A DNA stretch of 64,000 nucleotides from assembly GCF_006345805.1 (NCBI RefSeq), contig NC_043000.1:90024001-90088000 (forward strand), written 5' to 3'. The notes under the pieces are model-generated. The model had not been told where the DNA came from. It worked only from the letters and a program-made list of their open reading frames with translations, and ran no database searches. This DNA comes from Octopus sinensis. Its lineage: Eukaryota. The position numbers and the translations under genes are program-made. Position 1 is the first letter of the stretch, and each line of letters starts with the position of its first letter. Positions 63,749 through 64,000 of this stretch are shown one piece after another.

Positions 63749-64000
63749 ATTCCAGACCACATCGTTCCCTAGGCCATGCTGACTAACATTATTTTCCCTG
63801 TATAAAAACTAAATCCACGCAGTACCCAGTATTTGCTTCACAAATTTCCCAAACTTTGAACCCCGATTTTAGGTTTGTTTACAATTTGCGTAAGTGTGTT
63901 TCCACATTGATCGCTTCAAACAATAACTTCCAGACCACATCGTACCCTAAGCCATGCTGACTAACATTAGTTTCCCTGTATAAAAACTAAATCCACTACA
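63749..64000. repeat. Direct repeat with 178-bp spacing running off the window
   Basis: TCCAGACCACATCG...GCCATGCTGACTAACATTA...AAAACTAAATCCAC at 63751 and 63929. Confidence 0.8.

Overview
AT-rich, repeat-dense eukaryotic DNA. The repeat style suggests an octopus/coleoid cephalopod (inferred, not proven). The window holds one complete protein-coding gene, VPS45 (Sec1/Munc18 family), on the + strand: 14 coding exons from 9022 to 61765, all GT-AG, 1698 nt = 565 aa + stop. Upstream (1-5.5 kb) is a Helitron cluster. The introns contain a 5'-truncated R4/Dong-type LINE, RTE and CR1-like LINE remnants, two mariner derivatives, piggyBac-like MITEs, long foldback elements, several tRNA-derived SINE families and a 100-N gap. 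The most striking unannotated signal is about 10 minimal type I hammerhead-ribozyme-like motifs from several unrelated Penelope-like/retrozyme-like repeat families. One family has a swapped G3:C8 core (GUGAACA), and one copy sits behind a tRNA-type Pol III head. All ribozyme calls come from manual base-pairing; catalytic activity is untested.
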